Shown here piece by piece: positions 52,562 through 57,716 of a DNA stretch of 57,716 nucleotides. Every line of letters starts with the position of its first letter. Position 1 is the first letter of the stretch. The notes beneath the pieces were generated by a model that did no database searches, was not told the origin of the DNA, and worked only from the letters and a program-made list of their open reading frames with translations. The translations under genes and the position numbers were made by a program. The stretch comes from Tubiluchus corallicola (lineage: Eukaryota; Animalia; Priapulida): assembly GCA_030141605.1 (NCBI GenBank), contig JAQGDQ010001168.1, positions 1 to 57,716 of the forward strand, in the 5' to 3' direction.

Positions 52562-53865
52562 GACGACGTTATTACTGACTGCACGTCATTTAGTGCTGCA
52601 AAAGTTTATGAGTAGCTTACCTACTTTGCAGTCTTTAGTGTACAAGCTAAAGTTATATCATCGCATCAGGACAGAAAAAAGAAAAATGGAAGTTGTGTTA
52701 TCGGCCAGGACAAAAATTGTGGGTAAATTTGACCAAGATGAACACAATTCCTGTTGTTTACAGTTTTCAAAAGGGACATTTTAGGTTTCATATCTGGAAG
52801 AAATTACATTTAATTTTTTTCTTACGCGAGTTTTTTACTTGTATGTGGATTTAAATTTTGTTTATTTATGTGAATAAAAAACAAGGATAAACCAGAGAGC
52901 TGGCTGGCAGACCTATTTCTTGGTAGTTCGCTAACCACACACTAAATCATATGATTAAAACACAATACACAGCGCACTGATACCTAAGTTCTCGTCTAGC
53001 ATATCTATATTATATTCTACCTAAGTTCTCGTCTAGCATATCTATATTATATTCTACCTAAGTTCTTATAATATAGATATGCTAGACGAAAACTTAGGTA
53101 GAATATAATATAGATATGCTAGACGAGAACTTAGGTAGAATATAATATAGATATGCTAGGCGAGAACTTAGGTATCAGTGCGCTGTGTATTGTGTTTTAA
53201 TCATATGATTTAGTGTGTGGTTAGCGAACTACCAAGAAATAGGTCTGCCAGCCAGCTCTCTGGTTTATCCTTGTTTTTTATTCACATAAATAAACAAAAT
53301 TTAAATCCACATACAAGTAAAAAACTCGCGTAAGAAAAAAATTAAATGTAATTTCTTCCAGATATGAAACCTAAAATGTCCCTTTTGAAAACTGTAAACA
53401 ACAGGAATTGTGTTCATCTTGGTCAAATTTACCCACAATTTTTGTCCTGGCCGATAACACAACTTCCATTTTTCTTTTTTCTGTCCTGATGCGATGATAT
53501 AACTTTAGCTTGTACACTAAAGACTGCAAAGTAGGTAAGCTACTCATAAACTTTTGCAGCACTAAATGACGTGCAGTCAGTAATAACGTCGTCTTACATA
53601 ACCAAACATCTGTTCTCTTTTGATTTTTGTTTTCTTGCAAGCGAATACTTTGCAGAATTTCTTCTCTTTCTAAAACTAGTAACTTGTGATCTTGAAGTTA
53701 AATTTAGTGTTGAGCAACTCGAATTTGACGTGCTAGTTTCCGGGCAACCAACGCTTCTTTCTGAAACCCCACTATTTACATTTCTGTGCCATCCTATCAG
53801 AATTTTCTCAGCGTCGCTTATCCTTCTCAAGGACTGGTGTTTATCTAGGACATAAACTTCATTTG
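52290..53865. repeat. Near-perfect spacerless inverted duplication of the gene 3' end and flank (arms ~52290-53066 and ~53067-53865)
   Basis: The same 89-aa ORF appears on opposite strands (52515+ and 53640-); the pivot lies where the 37-bp repeats switch orientation at ~53066. Confidence 0.95.
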
Positions 53866-53890
53866 TGTAGACTAAGTTCTCGTCTAGCAT
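53594..53890 (-). pseudogene. Inverted partial gene copy 1: 98-aa ORF carrying the desulfurase-like C-terminal tail
   Basis: NEVYVLDKHQ...KENRCLVM is identical to the parent except ANYS to AKYS; the ATG and first codons come from the 37-bp repeat and junction. Confidence 0.8.
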
Positions 53891-54518
53891 ATCTATATTA
53901 TATTCTACCTAAGTTCTCGTCTAGCATATCTATATTATATTCTACCTAAGTTTTCGTCTAGCATATCTATATTATATTCTACCTAAGTTCTTATAATATA
54001 GATATGCTAGACGAAAACTTAGGTAGAATATAATATAGATATGCTAGACGAGAACTTAGGTAGAATATAATATAGATATGCTAGACGAGAACTTAGGTAT
54101 CAGTGCGCTGTGTATTGTGTTTTAATCATATGATTTAGTGTGTGGTTAGCGAACTACCAAGAAATAGGTCTGCCAGCCAGCTCTCTGGTTTATCCTTGTT
54201 TTTTATTCACATAAATAAACAAAATTTAAATCCACATACAAGTAAAAAACTCGCGTAAGAAAAAAATTAAATGTAATTTCTTCCAGATATGAAACCTAAA
54301 ATGTCCCTTTTGAAAACTGTAAACAACAGGAATTGTGTTCATCTTGGTCAAATTTACCCACAATTTTTGTCCTGGCCGATAACACAACTTCCATTTTTCT
54401 TTTTTCTGTCCTGATGCGATGATATAACTTTAGCTTGTACACTAAAGACTGCAAAGTAGGTAAGCTACTCATAAACTTTTGCAGCACTAAATGACGTGCA
54501 GTCAGTAATAACGTCGTC

Positions 54519-54815
54519 TTACATAACCAAACATCTGTTCTCTTTTGATTTTTGTTTTCTTGCAAGCGAATACTTTGCAGAATTTCTTCTCTTTCTAAAA
54601 CTAGTAACTTGTGATCTTGAAGTTAAATTTAGTGTTGAGCAACTCGAATTTGACGTGCTAGTTTCCGGGCAACCAACGCTTCTTTCTGAAACCCCACTAT
54701 TTACATTTCTGTGCCATCCTATCAGAATTTTCTCAGCGTCGCTTATCCTTCTCAAGGACTGGTGTTTATCTAGGACATAAACTTCATTTGTGTAGACTAA
54801 GTTCTCGTCTAGCAT
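54519..54815 (-). pseudogene. Inverted partial gene copy 2: identical 98-aa ORF, 925 bp from copy 1
   Basis: Identical translation; offset 54519-53594 = 925. Confidence 0.8.
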
Positions 54816-55497
54816 ATCTATATTATATTCTACCTAAGTTCTCGTCTAGCATATCTATATTATATTCTACCTAAGTTCTCGTCTAGCATATCTATATTAT
54901 ATTCTACCTAAGTTCTCGTCTAGCTTATCTATATTATATTCTACCTAAGTTCTCGTCTAGCTTATCTATATTATATTCTACCTAAGTTCTCGTCTAGCGT
55001 ATCTATATTATATTCTACCCAAGTTTTCGTTTAGCATATCTATATTATATTCTACCTAAGTTCTCGTCTAGCATATCTATATTATATTCTACCTAAGTTC
55101 TTGTCTAGCATATCTATATTATATTCTACCCAAGTTTTCGTCTAGCATATCTATATTATATTCTACCTAAGTTTTCGTCTAGCATATCTATATTATATTC
55201 TACTTAAGTTCTCGTCTAGCATATCTGTATTATATTCTACCCAAGTTCTCGTCTAGCATATCTATATTATATTCTACCTAAGTTCTTGTCTAGCATATCT
55301 ATATTACATTCTACCTAAGTTTTCCCCAAGCATATCTATATTATATTCTACCCAAGTTCTCGTCTAGCATATCTATATTATATTCTACCCAAGTTCTCGT
55401 CTAGCATATCTATATTATATTCTACCTAAGTTCTCGTCTAGCATATCTACATTATATTCTACCTAAGTTCTCGTCTAGCATGTCGATATTATATTCA
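54797..55497. repeat. 37-bp minisatellite, ~19 copies; short runs in both orientations also at 52981-53174 and 53872-54099
   Basis: Unit TACCTAAGTTCTCGTCTAGCATATCTATATTATATTC. Confidence 0.96.
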
Positions 55498-55718
55498 TTA
55501 TCGTGTTACTCATTCCACGAAATGAAATTGCAATGCAATCCCATGGATGTAACGTAAGTTAGTTGGTGTGATATTTCTTACTTTACTAGCATGTAATGTA
55601 GTGTGTGTCATGCTTTCGTTTTGTCGCTTGTGCGAAGTGCCAATACTGGATGCTTAAGAAATTAATTAATCTTAGTAGCAGGATTCAGTTTTTACACGTA
55701 TTGCTACTGCGCAGATGT

Positions 55719-57716
55719 ATTATAACTTAAATTGCAACAGACATAATCTGTTCTAGTTACTGAATTACCTTAATTACTGAATTACCTTAATTACGCCCAC
55801 AGTAGTCCTTAATTGCCACGTGACTTTCGACAGAAAAAATAAGAAAAAAATGACCATAAGAACTAATAATAACAACCATGACAAAGAGCATTTTATTAAT
55901 AAATGTAAAGAATGCCAATGACCCACGATGTTTGAAAATGTCGATTCCAAAAAATAATAAACGAACTTTATTAGCAAATTGTTTTTTTGGATTTATAAAC
56001 AAATTGACACTTTCTCTCCCTTTGTCTTATAGTAAAAAAATCCGTTAATAAGCAATGCAGGTACTTCCTATGAATGACATTCCTCTCTGGGGGTGGGGTT
56101 GGGGGGACGCGAGTGTTTCAGAGTAATGTTTGCACAACACACTGCTTACACATTGCTTTAAAAATGAAACTCGGCTGTACTAATTAATTATATAATCTCT
56201 TCAATGAGTCGTTAATTGATTATAACTAATTGGTCAACAAGAATTCGTTTTACGTGTTTTGAAAACGAGTACATAGTTTTAGCTGCGACCACCACTCGCT
56301 AAAAACCAAGGTGACTAGCGATGAAACTCATAATCAATCAGTAATCAATCAGCTATCACTAATCAATGAGGAACAAAGTCACCGGATATTCCGGAATGCC
56401 TGAAAGTGTAAAATTGATCGTGGTAAATACCATGTGCTTCTATAGAATTCATTCAAAAATGTATGCACCATAGTTTAGTGCACTACAACACAGTCTATGA
56501 GTTGAAAAAGTTAATTACTAATTAACAGTAAATTACATAATCCCAGGTAAGTCATTAATAAATTATATCACTTATGCAGACTGGGCTACAGCCAGGGTCA
56601 CCACAGTGATTTTAAAATTTTAAAATTTTGAATGGCCAGAATTTGTCACCCTTACGCTAGAAAATTCAAATGAATTTCGGCTCCTGTGAAATTTTCGCCC
56701 AGGGGCTTCATGCACGATACATTCCCTGGCTTCACAGAAATAAGCCCGAACTTGAAAGGTCCACATAATGAAAGATGAATAATCCCATTTTATTTGTATG
56801 TAGATTTAGATTTATTTATTTCTGTGCATTAAAAAAAAAACAAGAAAAAACCGGTGAGCTGGCAGTCTTATTTATTAATGACTTACCTGGGATTATGTAA
56901 TTTACTGTTAATTAGTAATTAACTTTTTCAACTCATAGACTGTGTTGTAGTGCACTAAACTATGGTGCATACATTTTTGAATGAATTCTATAGAAGCACA
57001 TGGTATTTACCACGATCAATTTTACACTTTCAGGCATTCCGGAATATCCGGTGACTTTGTTCCTCATTGATTAGTGATAGCTGATTGATTACTGATTGAT
57101 TATGAGTTTCATCGCTAGTCACCTTGGTTTTTAGCGAGTGGTGGTCGCAGCTAAAACTATGTACTCGTTTTCAAAACACGTAAAACGAATTCTTGTTGAC
57201 CAATTAGTTATAATCAATTAACGACTCATTGAAGAGATTATATAATTAATTAGTACAGCCGAGTTTCATTTTTAAAGCAATGTGTAAGCAGTGTGCTGTG
57301 CAAACATTACTCTGAAACACTCGCGTCCCCCCCAACCCCACCCCCAGAGAGGAATGTCATTCATAGGAAGTACCTGCATTGCTTATTAACGGATTTTTTT
57401 ACTATAAGACAAAGGGAGAGAAAGTGTCAATTTGTTTATAAATCCAAAAAAACAATTTGCTAATAAAGTTCGTTTATTATTTTTTGGAATCGACATTTTC
57501 AAACATCGTGGGTCATTGGCATTCTTTACTAATTATTAATAAAATGCTCTTTGTCATGGTTGTTATTATTAGTTCTTATGGTCATTTTTTTCTTATTTTT
57601 TCTGTCGAAAGTCACGTGGCAATTAAGGACTACTGTGGGCGTAATTAAGGTAATTCAGTAATTAAGGTAATTCAGTAACTAGAACAGATTATGTCTGTTG
57701 CAATTTAAGTTATAAT
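55719..57716. repeat. Near-perfect inverted repeat (arms 55719-56563 and 56870-57716, spacer ~306 bp), right arm runs to the window end
   Basis: The window end is the reverse complement of ATTATAACTTAAATTGCAACAG at 55719; inner ends GTCATTAATAAAT and ATTTATTAATGAC; about three small differences seen between arms. Confidence 0.95.

Noticed and set aside
52515-52784. 89-aa ORF present three times (also 53371-53640 and 54296-54565)
   Set aside because: It has a non-ATG start, overlaps the stop codon and 3' UTR, and recurs only because of the duplication.

Overview
AT-rich, repeat-dense eukaryotic DNA, most likely from an invertebrate animal. Most listed ORFs are translations of micro- or minisatellites. 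Two host genes are supported: (1) the large first coding exon of a K+-dependent Na+/Ca2+ exchanger (SLC24/NCKX; minus strand, 28018-27125), whose downstream exons I could not find in the window; (2) an intronless class-V aminotransferase / SufS-like cysteine desulfurase homologue (plus strand, 50306-52561) ending in a polybasic stretch plus a CaaX box (CLVM). The most unusual structure follows this second gene. Its last ~270 coding bases and 3' flank are copied in inverted orientation into an adjacent 37-bp minisatellite, and that block is tandemly duplicated (925-bp period). The result is a ~780-bp near-perfect hairpin and two identical 98-aa ORFs that take their ATG from the minisatellite and keep the CaaX tail. 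A second ~845-bp inverted repeat runs to the window end, so an assembly or amplification artefact must be excluded. The rest comprises TTAA-flanked MITEs, nested hAT MITEs, solo LTRs with ATAT target duplications, tRNA-derived SINEs, LINE fragments and many tandem arrays. All family assignments come from motif recognition, not database searches.
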